Below the pieces are notes generated by a model. It was given only the letters and a program-made list of their open reading frames with translations, was not told where the DNA came from and did not search any database. Source: Octopus vulgaris (lineage: Eukaryota). Taken from it: a stretch of DNA of 64,000 bases. The DNA is taken from contig OX597820.1 in the NCBI GenBank assembly GCA_951406725.2, positions 90,210,001 through 90,274,000 of the forward strand, written 5' to 3'. Numbering within the stretch: position 1 is the first letter of the stretch; every line of letters starts with the position of its first letter. Both the position numbers and the translations under genes were made by a program. Positions 1 to 11,470 of this stretch are shown here, in pieces.

Positions 1-830
1 ATCAATAAGTATCAGGGCTGTGATCATAGTAACGAAGCTAAAGCATGCAGAATAAAACCGCTTGGTAAAGATTGACCTTAACCTCTGCTGTGCAAAGGCA
101 CTACGTTTTAACGATTTAGCTGTTTACAGCTGTGCCTGGAAGGAACGAGTGTAGCGTGTGATCGTCACATTTACCATGACAGAGAAAGTTGTCATCGCGA
201 TATCTGTTGCAGAAAGTGTATGGAGAGGTGTGTATGAGCCGCACAAGAGTGCACAAGTGGTTCAAACGTTTCGAAAAAGTGTCGATATTGAGAAACGTTC
301 TGGGAGACACGCAATCAGCAGAACTTAGAAACACATTGCAGAGATGCGTGCAACTTTGAGAGGAAATCGTCGAATTACCACCTGTGAGTTATCAGATGTG
401 CACATTAGTTATGATTCGGTTCAATCCATTGTCACCAAAGATTTGCGTATGCGACGCGAGTCTGCCAAGTTTGTGCCAAAACTGCTTTCAGTTGACCAAA
501 ATGACACACGGGGTTTCAGTTGAACAAGGTCTCCTTGATTATGTCAAGAATGATGCACACTTTTTGAATGCTTTACCTTGGCCTCTGAGCAGGTGTGGTC
601 ATGCGCTTGGCAAAATTTGATGCAGATTCACTGCTCAACTTTTTCTGTTATGTTTGATGCGACGATCATACGCAACAAACCTTCCTTCCAAGCACTACCG
701 TAAACACTGGTAGTGCGCTAGAATGTTAAAACTTAGTGCGCATGTACAGCACAGATGAAGGTTAATCTGTGCTGAGCAGCTTTAGCTTCATTATTATGGC
801 AGCGTTCCGGGTACTTATTGATCATATTAC
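1..830 (+). mobile_element. Internally deleted mariner-family DNA transposon with long imperfect TIRs (left end runs off the window)
   Basis: Broken frames at ~205-500 read LQKVYGEVCMSRTRVHKWFKRF...SGR...RGNRRIT and SVQSIVTKDLRMRRESAKFVPKLL (mariner HTH and WVP-like linker). Positions 1-44 (atcaataagt...aacgaagctaaagc) are the imperfect reverse complement of ~779-822 (gctttagcttc...acttattgat). Confidence 0.85.
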
Positions 831-860
831 ACCCACACAACACACACACGCACACACACA

Positions 861-1950
861 CACATATATAAATTAATAAATAAAATATATGCATACATAC
901 ATGCATACATATATGTACGTACCTACATCTACATGTATATATACATGCATATGTAAATATATATATGTGAGTACAGGACAACACAAATAGACGTAGAACT
1001 CAACGAGAAACGAAAACGTAAAAACAAACATGGAAACGGACTTTTACTCACATATATATATTTATATATGTATGTATATATACATGTAGATGTAGGTACG
1101 TACATATATGTATGTATGTATGCATAGATTTTATTTATTAATTTATTGCATGACTGAGCGCCCTCGCGTCGTTTCGTTTCGTTTCTTTTCTGTTCTCCAA
1201 GTAAGTTTTTATATATAATTATGACGCGAAACTCTGTAACCCTTTGCTTGACCTTCCCTCCCTTCCGGTCTCCCTTCCTCTTTGCCTGTCTCTCTCCTTA
1301 TTTTTCACCCTTTCTAGTTTCCTTTCCTCTCTATCTCACTCCTCCTCATCTCTCACACAGCCGAGTCGACCACTTCCTTTCGCTGGCGGCCTCCTACAAG
1401 TGAACATGATTTTTTTCCTGCGCTCTTGAATTTTTCCATCGTCTAGGCTAAAAAAGGCCCTCAATGTTTGTTTCCTTGTCCTGTTTTTATTCTTTACTTG
1501 TACTATATTTTCTTGTATTTGTATTTTTACTTTGTATTTGTTTTTTATTTGTATTGATTTTACGTCCTGTTTTTGTCACATTTTTTTTCTTTTCCTTGTT
1601 TTTACCCCTCTGCAAAGGAATTTTATTTAATTCTTTCGCAGGAAGGGCTAGTTCGACGAGTCGTGTTCTATCCTTACCTTCGAAACACGCATGGAGTCGA
1701 ACTAGGGAAGGTGATGAAGGGGAATTTTCCTTGTATTGTTTGTCTTGTACTCTGTTTTTTCGTTGTTAAAAAAAGTCCGTTTCCATGTTTGTTTTTACGT
1801 TTTCGTCTCTTGTTGAGTTCTACATCTATTTGTGGTGTCCTGTACTCACATATATATATTTATATATGAATGTATATATACATGTAGATGTAGGTACGTA
1901 CATATATGTATGTATGTATGTATGCATATATTTTATTTATTAATTTATAT
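861..1950 (+). mobile_element. Non-coding PLE pseudo-LTR-like module with inverted terminal duplication
   Basis: ~861-1045 is the reverse complement of ~1771-1950, and ~1046-1146 is a direct copy of ~1844-1946. Flanked by CA/TA microsatellites, with a hammerhead-like fold at 1648-1705. Confidence 0.6.
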
Positions 1951-2573
1951 ATATATATATATATGTATGTGAAAACATGCTTACACATTCAGATATACGC
2001 AGATACACATATTACAGAATTTAAACATTTTGCAATATCTGCAATGTCTGCGATGGCATCCTTTGTAGTTTTAATCCTCTTATAGATGTCAGTATTTACT
2101 ACAAACTTACCAATTTTCAACACTTTCGTAAATAACTACAGATCATTTAAAAATAGTTTCTCCAATAGCCTGTTAAACATTTGTTGAATACTTTTACTCT
2201 GTACGCTTCACCAATTGTTAAACTACATACAGAACTAATTTTAGCAAAAAAAAATTAAACAAATTCAGTCGTTACTCTGTATTTATGATTAGCATAGCCC
2301 ATGCACATTTCTTATTTGCATATGGTGTCTTCATATTCTCTGCACATACGCTGATTAATCATCCAGGGAATATGTCTTTCATACATTTGTTTCTTCAGAA
2401 AGTACAAATAATCAGATAGCTTCGTAAACATCCAGAAATGTCCTGTTGTATTTTTTGTAGTCTATGCTTCTCCGGTTTAAAATCCTGACGCTATTTTAGT
2501 TTTCGAATATAGATTTTCTTCCATTAAATTTGTAATCTATATATTCGACCTGTCTGTCTGTCTGTCTGTCTGC

Positions 2574-2630
<57 letters not shown>

Positions 2631-2814
2631 AGTATGCGTGTGTGTTTATATATTCTGTCTCTATATGGTCTATGTACGTGTGCGTATGTGTGTGTGAGCG
2701 TGGGTGTGTACACGCTTGTGTTTAGTTGCTGTATCTGGAATTCGTCATAACCTCATATCTATACACTTACTAATGCATCAACTTGTGGGTGTATTCCACA
2801 GCCTTACTCATATA

Positions 2815-4046
2815 CAGGGTTTCGACAAAATAATGGAAAGAACCAGCATCATAGCATCAAAATTTTGAAATATCTACAAAATCGTCAAAAGCTTGTTTAT
2901 TTTTATGTTTTAGAGTTATTATTAGTGCAGCTTAATATGCTGGGTTTTTTTTTCGGATATCATCAGAAAGAGGTAATTAAAATTCATTAAAATGACAGAT
3001 CTATTGAACTTTCAAAGAAGTCAAATTGTTGGTTCTCGCATGGCATGCACTAGCATAACGAAAATAGCCGAAATATTTGGTGTATCCAGAAGTACTGCCT
3101 CGAAAGTAATGACAGTCTTTGAGGAGGAGGGAAAAAACCTCCTCGTCGAAACAAAACTCCGGAAGAAATCCAAAACTTTCAGATAGGAACCGTCGGACTC
3201 TTACGCGAATTGTTAGAGAGGATCACAAAATTACAGCTCCCAAAATTACTGCAGAGCTTAACCTCGAGAACCCAGTTCCCGCAAACACTGTTCGCTGGGA
3301 GCTGCACAAAACCGGATTTCACGGGAGGGCTGCAATCAGAAAATCACTACTTTCAAAAAGAAACGTTGCAAAGCGTCTAGAGTGGAGAAAAAACCCAGAG
3401 CAGTGGAAGAATGTTATTTTCTCGGATGATTCATCCATTACCTTATTTCCGACCACCAGTTGAGTATACGTGTGGAGACAGCCAAAAGAAGCATTTGACC
3501 CAGATTGCCTTCTTCCAACAGTTAAAAATGGAGGAGGATCTGTGATGATCTGTGTGTCTATATCTTGGAAATCCGCCGGCCCAATGGTTTGCCTTCATGG
3601 CAGAATTAACAGACAAGACTATTTAAGCATTTTATCTGATCAAATTCATCCTGTTTGCAGAACTCTTTCCGGTGGGAAAAGCTATCTTTCAGGATGATAA
3701 TGCATGAATTCACACAGCTAAAGCAGTTACTGAATGACACGAGGAACATTTTAGTGAAGTTGAACATCTTATCTGGCCACCACAGTCCCCAGATCTCAAC
3801 ATTATTGAACATTTATGGCGCATTTTAGAAAAACAAGTAAGGAATAGATAACTTCCACCATCATCACTACAAGAACTAGATACTGTTGTAGCTGAATAAT
3901 TGACAAAAATACCTTTGGAAATAATTCAAACTTTGTACGAATCCATACCTCATAGAATTCAAACTGTAATAATTGCCAAATGCGGTCCTACCCCTATCAA
4001 AATAAATTTGTTTGAAAGGTTTTCCCATTATTTTGTCCAATCCCTG
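2815..4046 (+). mobile_element. Full-length decayed Tc1-type transposon, DD36E spacing (Incomer-like)
   Basis: TIRs cagggtttcgacaaaataatgg / ccattattttgtccaatccctg with TA on both sides. Length 1232 bp. Transposase motifs lie inside. Confidence 0.93.
2992..3995 (+). pseudogene. Tc1-like transposase pseudogene (frameshifts and stops)
   Basis: Paired-like HTH (IAEIFGVSRSTASKV), [69 protein letters not shown] spread over several frames. Confidence 0.92.
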
Positions 4047-4088
4047 TATATATATATATATGCCTATAGAAATATCTGTATCCCTATC

Positions 4089-4123
<35 letters not shown>

Positions 4124-4512
4124 AGTATTATGTTCGTGAGTATTGAGTTGAAAAGATTTACTACCTGGTCCAGGAATTGAGACATGGATCTCGTGATCGT
4201 GAGTGCAAAGCCCTTATTACTTGAGCTTGACCCCAATAAAAATCGTACCTATAAAAACACAGATATATACGCACATACGGACGTAGACAAATATTTACAA
4301 ATATACACCCACATAATACAAAAGGATATATGTGGTTCTAATCTTCTCTACATATATTCAGATACATACTCATCTAACGCAAATGCGCACGCATACATAT
4401 ATACCCGTAAACTCTTGCACATTCACTGTTATGAAGATATATACACTCATTCAAACATACAAATATGTGACAAACGTATTTCAACTTACCTAATTCTTCT
4501 TATAAATAAACT

Positions 4513-4533
4513 CTGCTAAGCGGTGATAAGGAC

Positions 4534-4579
<46 letters not shown>

Positions 4580-4600
4580 GTCCTTATCACCGCTTAGCAG
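4513..4600. repeat. Perfect 88-bp palindrome: 22-bp unique arms around (TA)22
   Basis: ctgctaagcggtgataaggacg-(TA)22-cgtccttatcaccgcttagcag. Confidence 0.95.
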
Positions 4601-4614
4601 TGGTTTTTTTGGTT

Positions 4615-5008
4615 TTTTTTTACTTGTTTCAGTCATTTGACTGCGGCCATGCTGGAGCACCGCCTTTAGTCGAGCAAATCGACCCCGGGATTTATTCTTT
4701 GTAAGCCTAGTACTTATTCTATCGGTCTCTTTTGCCGAACCGCTAAGTGACGAAGACGTAAACACACCCTAGCAATGCTAGGGAGACAAACACAGACACA
4801 CAAACACACCACACACACACATATATACATATATATACATATATATGACAGGCTTCTTTCAGTTTCTATCTACCAAATCCACTCACAAGGCATTGGTCGG
4901 CCCGGGGCTATAGCAAAAGACACCTACCCAAGGTGCCACGCAGTGGGACTGAACCCGGTACCATGTGGTTGGTTAGCAAGCTACTTACCCTACAGCCACT
5001 CCTGCGCC
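4615..5008 (-). mobile_element. tRNA-derived SINE, family A (internal TA/TG microsatellite)
   Basis: Reverse complement of the ggagtggctgtgtggtaagtagcttg...ggcggtgctccagcatggccgcagtcaaatgactgaaacaagtaaaa element also seen at 27839, 45368 and 61157. Confidence 0.9.
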
Positions 5009-5025
5009 TATATATATATATATAT

Positions 5026-5321
5026 ATTCAACAACAATTAAGGAATGGCCTTAATAGGCCATTCGGCCCACTAGAAGAAGCAGCCAGGACTCAAACCGCT
5101 TTACCGATGAGGTGTAACCTTTGGTAGTTTGACTTTAATTTAATTAAGCTGGTTTGCCATAAAAAACACCGAAACGATGCATCGTCTAAAGATGAATTAG
5201 GGTAAATGTTTTTAATTTTCATTTAAATTCCGGATTACTACTACTTAGCGGTTTGAGTCCTGGCTGCTTCTTCTAGTGGGCCGAATGGCCTATTAAGGCC
5301 ATTCCTTAATTGTTGTTGAAT
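5026..5321 (+). mobile_element. ~300-bp hammerhead-bearing mini-element with ~75-bp terminal inverted repeats, between (TA)n tracts
   Basis: 5026-5100 is the reverse complement of 5247-5321. TA repeats on both sides. Hammerhead at 5099-5191. Confidence 0.85.
5099..5191 (+). ncRNA. Type I hammerhead ribozyme, long helix II insertion, palindromic helix III
   Basis: cttta-CCGATGA-ggtgt...acacc-GAAA-cgatgcatcg-TC-taaag: helix I cttta/taaag, helix II ggtgt/acacc, helix III a perfect palindrome, GUC cleavage triplet. Confidence 0.85.
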
Positions 5322-5411
5322 TTATATATATAGTCTTTGACTATTTTCTCTTTCCCACTAGACCGCTGGTAGCGATAAATTTCTATTGAATTTTTTGCTA
5401 CCCTAAAGTGA

Positions 5412-5442
<31 letters not shown>

Positions 5443-5447
<5 letters not shown>

Positions 5448-5600
5448 AAAGTTTACTAAAAAAAACACAAGACGAAGACAGGTGGTGTACAAAACAAACA
5501 TATGTATTAGTATAGCGCTCATGAATAGAAAAAGGCTTTTACGTTTCGAGCCTACGCTCTTCTACAGAAAGGTACACAGAAAAAACAAGGGGAGAAACAA
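5443..5600 (-). mobile_element. PLE pseudo-LTR-like 3' fragment with variant minimal hammerhead (5536-5571)
   Basis: Minus strand reads cttt-CTGTAGA-a-gagc gtag gctc-GAAA-cg-TA-aaag. Homologous to 6740-6890. Bounded by (TA)n. Confidence 0.6.
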
Positions 5601-5623
5601 GTGTGTGTAGTGGCTAGCGATAT

Positions 5624-5697
<74 letters not shown>

Positions 5698-6472
5698 TGC
5701 ATGTGTGTGCGCGTGGGTATAAGTTTAGTGGTGCCGGTATAGAAGAAATGATGTTGACAATGCAGAGCAATATTGAATTGATTAACATTTAATTATATTT
5801 TAAAATATAGGCATCCACTTCAATGGTTTCATATTTCATTTATTAACAAATATAATCCATTCTTCTTCTCCTATTATTTAATTATTGTAGAATGCCTACT
5901 TCGACTCGTTCTTAATAAAGCCAAAATTCATATATTAACTAACATTAATTTTATTTACATCACAACTCGTTATCTTATTCCACACCTAGTTAAAGAATAG
6001 ATACGCTCTTAAATCTTCCAAGGGAATGTACAAGCATTAATTGATAATATTAGTATTCGATAGAATAATAAACAATAATCATGTATTACACTTTTATGTA
6101 AACAATTATTATATCATTTATTTCTATTTAACTTTTCTATGTGACATATTCAATGCTGAAAAAATTTTTTTGATCTTTCGCAACACTGCTACATAAACAT
6201 AATGCATTAACGTTGATCAATCAATTTGTACGTTAAAGGATAGCATTGTGAGCCGTATTCCTACGTTGAAAAAGCTATTTTTACAACAACGCCCCGAATA
6301 ATTATTATTCGCGAGACTACACCATGTACTATGCGCTTTTGTAAATCTACTTTCAAACGTATAGAGTGTATGTGTATGATTTAAAATTTAAGTATATTCT
6401 AAATTCTAACATATTCTCCCTTCATTTTAAAATTCTTATTTCTGTTCTTCCACTTGTTTGGTTTCATAACAA

Positions 6473-6528
<56 letters not shown>

Positions 6529-6739
6529 TATATATATATATATTGGTAAAAACGGTAAGATAACAAAAGAAAGAAAGATACCTCAATATTATGTAAATAG
6601 AGGAAATTTATCTGTAAAATAACATGTGACAATTATTCAATAGCCAAGATAAAACTCTGAGTTACGTATGGTTTATCACTAAACCCACAATTTTTTTATA
6701 CTCTTTCTCTCTCTCTCTTTCTCTCTCCGTTTATTTTCT

Positions 6740-6883
6740 CTTATTCTTTTCGGTTGAAGAGGGTAGGCTCGAAATGTAAAAAGCTTTCTCACTCTCCCGA
6801 TCGTCAAACTAATACACCTGCTTGTTGTCCATACACCTGTCCTTGTATTTTGTTTTTCTGTACATTTTAACTAACCATATATT

Positions 6884-6890
<7 letters not shown>
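6740..6890 (+). mobile_element. PLE pseudo-LTR-like 3' fragment with degenerate minimal hammerhead (6746-6783)
   Basis: ctttt-CGGTTGA-a-gagg gtag gctc-GAAA-tg-TA-aaaag. Diverged inverted homolog of 5443-5600. Confidence 0.55.
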
Positions 6891-6927
<37 letters not shown>

Positions 6928-7289
6928 AACATATTTCTGTAGTATACATCACTCCGCTCTCAATATCTCCATCCGATGCAAACACACTGACTCACACTCC
7001 TACATTAACTTCTCCTCCTACCCTATCCATACCAAGCTCTGCAGTGACGACCATGACTTTGAGACTCATTCTCATCTCATGTGTCGCCACTGCATCCTTC
7101 GTGGATATACCCTCACCACTATCCACACTAGCTTTACAAGGGCACGTTCCGTGTACTACGCTTGTGCTCTTTCTCCTCACCCCGCCATTGCTCGTCTCCC
7201 ATTTCCCCTAACTACCACTCCTGCACCCTTCCCTCCTTTCAACGAGCCCATAACCTGCGTGACCTCCTGGTCCAGAGTTTTTTCTGGCT

Positions 7290-7720
7290 CCACCTCCCAG
7301 CCTGACTTGTTCCCCTGATCCTGCCGACGCTGCCGTACTTGCCCCTACCTCTCCAACACGGAGATCATGACGGGCATCCATCTTCGTCCCTATCACATCA
7401 CCTCCTCCTTTACCTGCACTTCTAGAAACGTCATTTACTGCATCGCTTGCTCTTTCTGCCCTTCCCTGTACATCGGTCAAACGAGATGCTGCTTGGCTGA
7501 CCGATTCACTGACCAACACCGAAGCATCAGACTCGGCAATGACACCCCGGTCTTGCGCCATTTCCTCTCTACCATTCATTTACTACAACATCTGCCTCTG
7601 TACAGACTGTCTTTGCACAGGGTCCATTCGGACTCCCACCTTCGCTGTGAACAGAAATTAAGCTTTTCTCTTCACTCCTTTTCGTCACATGGGCTCAACC
7701 CAGCTCCTTTCATCATCAGA
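7290..7720 (+). pseudogene. Penelope-like element GIY-YIG endonuclease remnant with upstream Cys-rich linker
   Basis: SCRRCRTCP at ~7318-7345, then FTCTSRNVIYCIACSFCPSLYIGQT...LADRFTDQHRSIR...PVLRHF...EQKL...GLN. Confidence 0.88.
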
Positions 7721-7877
7721 CTTCCCTCCTACTTTTATCTGACACTTACTTCCTGTCTTCACTCCTATCTACCTCCTCTCTTCATTTATGTGTGTGTATT
7801 ATGTATGTATATATATATATATATACACACATACACACCCACATATATATATAAATATACATATATATATACATATC

Positions 7878-7909
<32 letters not shown>

Positions 7910-8641
7910 TATAGAAGTTAGCTGTTGATACCAGGATTTCATCAGTTAAACTATCAAAAAAGCAGTATTCATATCTCATTACAAATCCTGGCTAACAATC
8001 TAATACTAAGTTTTTTTAAATATATATATGGCTATATGATTTACACAAAACAGGATGTGTGCTAGTAAATAATTAAAAAATGAAAGCGCTGTAAAAAAAA
8101 AGCAGCAACAAAGAAATTATACTTGATAAATACAGATTCCCGAGAATAGTACTTTACTAGTCAAAGTTTTTCTGTAAAAAATGATGCATTTAATAATTTT
8201 TTTTACTATTTTCCTCCTTACTGAGATATGCGAATATGTGTAACCAGTAATTTTGGTCAAGATTTTAACAATACTCTAGAATATGCAATCAATGTGAATA
8301 CGACGACACCTCGATAGTAGTAGGATCAATCACCTGAAAATCGGCAATGCGATATTAACAGTAACCACGTAATCAGTTTTAAAGTGGAATAAGTCCTACA
8401 TACTCACACTTACCTTCATACGCATACATATACATACACCCCCACATATATGTGCGCGCGTGTGCATGTATATATATATATATATAAATGTTTATTTACT
8501 TGTGCATATATGTCTTTATATTCATGTATACATATCATACATATATATATATACACACACACACTTATATATAAGATTTTTTTGCCTAATGAGATAAAAA
8601 AATCGAGGCTGTGTAGATATTAGAACATTAATAGATAGAAG

Positions 8642-8693
8642 GTCTTACAGCTGTTTCCAGGATATTTATTAATTATATCCCTTCATCGGAGAC
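8642..8693 (-). ncRNA. Minimal type I hammerhead ribozyme
   Basis: Minus strand: gtct-CCGATGA-a gggata...tatcct g-GAAA-cagctg-TA-agac. Helix I gtct/agac, palindromic helix III. Confidence 0.8.
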
Positions 8694-9232
8694 GGTTTGA
8701 GACCATGGTTCAGTAATAGTTAATTTAAATATGATACAAAATAGAGAGGGAGTGGAGGAAAGAAAATAAGTGTGAGATATGTAGAGATATTGAATTTGTA
8801 GTTCCATTTTTTAGGCAGAATGGTATATATATGTAAGATTCCAATACATTATGAGAAAAATCCAACAGTATTTAATATTGTTCATTCTATGTATAGAGTT
8901 TATATACAATGTAAAATTCCAATACCTTATGAGTAAGATCTAACAGTATCTAAAATTGGTCATTCCAAGTACAGAATTTATACACAGTGTTGTAGAGTCA
9001 AAGGTTTTTATTTTAAGTGACCTAAAAATAGTTCACTTAGAATGAACAATTTTAAATACCTTTCGATTTTTCTCATAAAGTATTGGAATCTTACATATAT
9101 ATACCATTCTGCCTAAAAAATGGATCTACAAATGCAATATCCCTACATATATCATCTGTTTTCTTTCCTCCAACTCGCTGTCTGTTTTGTATCCTATCTA
9201 AATTAACTATTACTTAACTATCCTTTCACACC

Positions 9233-9284
9233 GTCACTGATGAAAGGATGTAATTAATAAATATCCTGGAAACAGCTGTAAGGC
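9233..9284 (+). ncRNA. Minimal type I hammerhead ribozyme (sister copy)
   Basis: gtca-CTGATGA-a aggatg...tatcct g-GAAA-cagctg-TA-aggc. Confidence 0.75.
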
Positions 9285-9516
9285 ATTCTATCTATAAATG
9301 CTCTAATATCTACACAGCCTTGGTTTTTTTATGCCATTACGCAACAAATTCTTATATACACAGGCTGACATATGACCAACGCTGAACCCCTTATTTGCAA
9401 AATCATCGAACCTGAAACTTAACTATGTTCTGTCTATAGTACTTATTCAGCATTACCTAAAACCTTTGGGTCTCAATGACACTATTACCTTTTATATACA
9501 CTTATACATACGTACA

Positions 9517-9550
<34 letters not shown>

Positions 9551-9553
<3 letters not shown>

Positions 9554-10705
9554 GCCTTTTAACAAAATCGACCATGTTATGAGGCGTCACAAGCTCCAAA
9601 CTCTTGGTATATTTGGAAAACTTGGTGAATGGCTATATGACTTTCTAAAAGAGAAAATTCAGGTAGTGGTGGTGAATGTGGTCACCTTCAAGATAATACA
9701 AATAATGAGTGTTGTTCTACAGGGCACTGCTATTAACACTGGCCCTCTCTGACATGCCTACAACTGTTCCGCTAGCTATGCAGACGATACAAAAGTCTCT
9801 TAGAGGATACAAAAACCTGAAAACGTCGTGCATCAACGTGAGGTAAACGCAATATACATGTGGGCTGATGAAAATAACATGCAGTTTAATGCTGAGAAAT
9901 ACCAATACCTTGGCTACCAACACAAGTAGCTCAATGAAAAGAAAATAGAATACACTGACCTAGCAAGGAATCCAATCTCTGAATTAAAGTCAGTTCATGA
10001 CCTGGGCATCGATATGAGTAATGATACATATCTCTAGGTGCATTTTTGTAAGTTGGCAATAAAACGCAGACGTAAGGCAGGATGGTTCTTTCGAACTTTC
10101 AAAACAAGAGAAAAAGAAATCCTGATGGCCCTCTGGAGGAATTTCTATCACAGGCATCTGAATTACTGCTCCCAACTCTGGGCCCCTAACTGTAAAATTA
10201 ACGACTGAACGCGATGTGATCTATCGCAGATACACAAAGAAGATCGAGACAATGCAACATATCAGCTACTGGGAAAGACTGAAAGATTTAAGACTCTAAT
10301 CCCTGGAGAGAAAGCGGGAGAGGTCTGCAATAATATACATCTGCAAAATCACACAAAAAGCAGGACGGGGTTCTACTGCATGGTACCAAAGTCTTAACAT
10401 TACCACCAAGACACAGGACCAGGCACAGCAACAGATTGGACTTCAAAGGCCCAACAAAGCTTGAGAGACTTGCATGGTGGCATGGATATAGGATTTTCCA
10501 AAGCAAAACTAAATCTCCTCCTATCAAGTGTTCCGGATGAACCTACCTCTAGGCAAGAAACACAAATGGCAGACACGTGAGGCTCACTGATCGACCAAAT
10601 GTCAGATATCCGAGCAGGTTTCGTGAAACTGTAGGAAAGTAAACGGCGGTGCCTCAGCAAGATCGCAGTCCTTAGACTGGCACTTAAACGGGAAATGAAA
10701 AACAA
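9551..10705 (+). mobile_element. 5'-truncated, decayed CR1/L2-group LINE (RT and 3' region)
   Basis: Broken frames read AF-KIDH...KLQTLGIFGKLGEWLYDFL...LQGT, YADDTKV, WADENNMQFNAEKYQ, DLGI, HLNYCSQLWAP, SYWERLKDLRL. Confidence 0.85.
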
Positions 10706-10875
10706 AGTATATATGTATAAAGTAATCAGGTGTTATTCAGGCACTCAGCTATGAGTCCTCTGCAGAAGATCATTTATTCCTCTGTCATATCTTTCTTATA
10801 TATGTATGAATATATATTTCTTTGTTTGCGTAAGTATAATACATACATAGATACATACATACATACATACATACA

Positions 10876-10939
<64 letters not shown>

Positions 10940-11434
10940 TATGTATACATATATATATATATATTGTGAAGTATATTTGCCACCTAAATGTGGCCGACCT
11001 GGTTTCCTGTAGCTTTGCCCTCTTTTACAAACCCAAGTGAACATACATATATTTCCGATTTCAAAGAAATTTGAGCAATGAATATACGACCCAAGATAAA
11101 ACGATTCCCAGTAATTCAACTTACCTCGTTGACTTTCAGTCTCCTCCAAATAAGAAGCCTCATCCCCCACATTTTAGAGTTCCATGTGCTCCATTTTTCA
11201 GGAGAAACATCATATGAATAGGTTCCATGAGATTTGGATTTTGGAATCTGGGTATAAAAATGAGTAGTATGAGATAAATATGTCATGATTGGAATTTTTG
11301 TTAGAGTGTGTAAAGAGGTAAAGAACCCTTATTAAAATTCTTCATCTTCAATCTTGATGAAATTCCAATCATAGGTATTCCAGCTGATTTGATTAAATTG
11401 AGTAAATATAAAAGAAAAATCTAATCATTGAATT

Positions 11435-11470
11435 CCTTGTGACACAGGCAAAGCCGGGCATCTCTGCTAG
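11435..11470 (+). mobile_element. Helitron-like 3' terminus
   Basis: Short GC hairpin (ggc aaa gcc) followed by gggcatctctg-CTAG|T, the typical Helitron 3' end arrangement. Confidence 0.55.

Larger units (their letters stand above)
8568..9490. mobile_element. Inverted pair of ~320-bp hammerhead-bearing pseudo-LTR-like arms plus 3' tail
   Basis: ~8568-8889 is an imperfect reverse complement of ~9038-9358. Internal ~77-bp tandem duplication at ~8830-8990. Flanked by TA/CA and CATA repeats. Confidence 0.8.
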
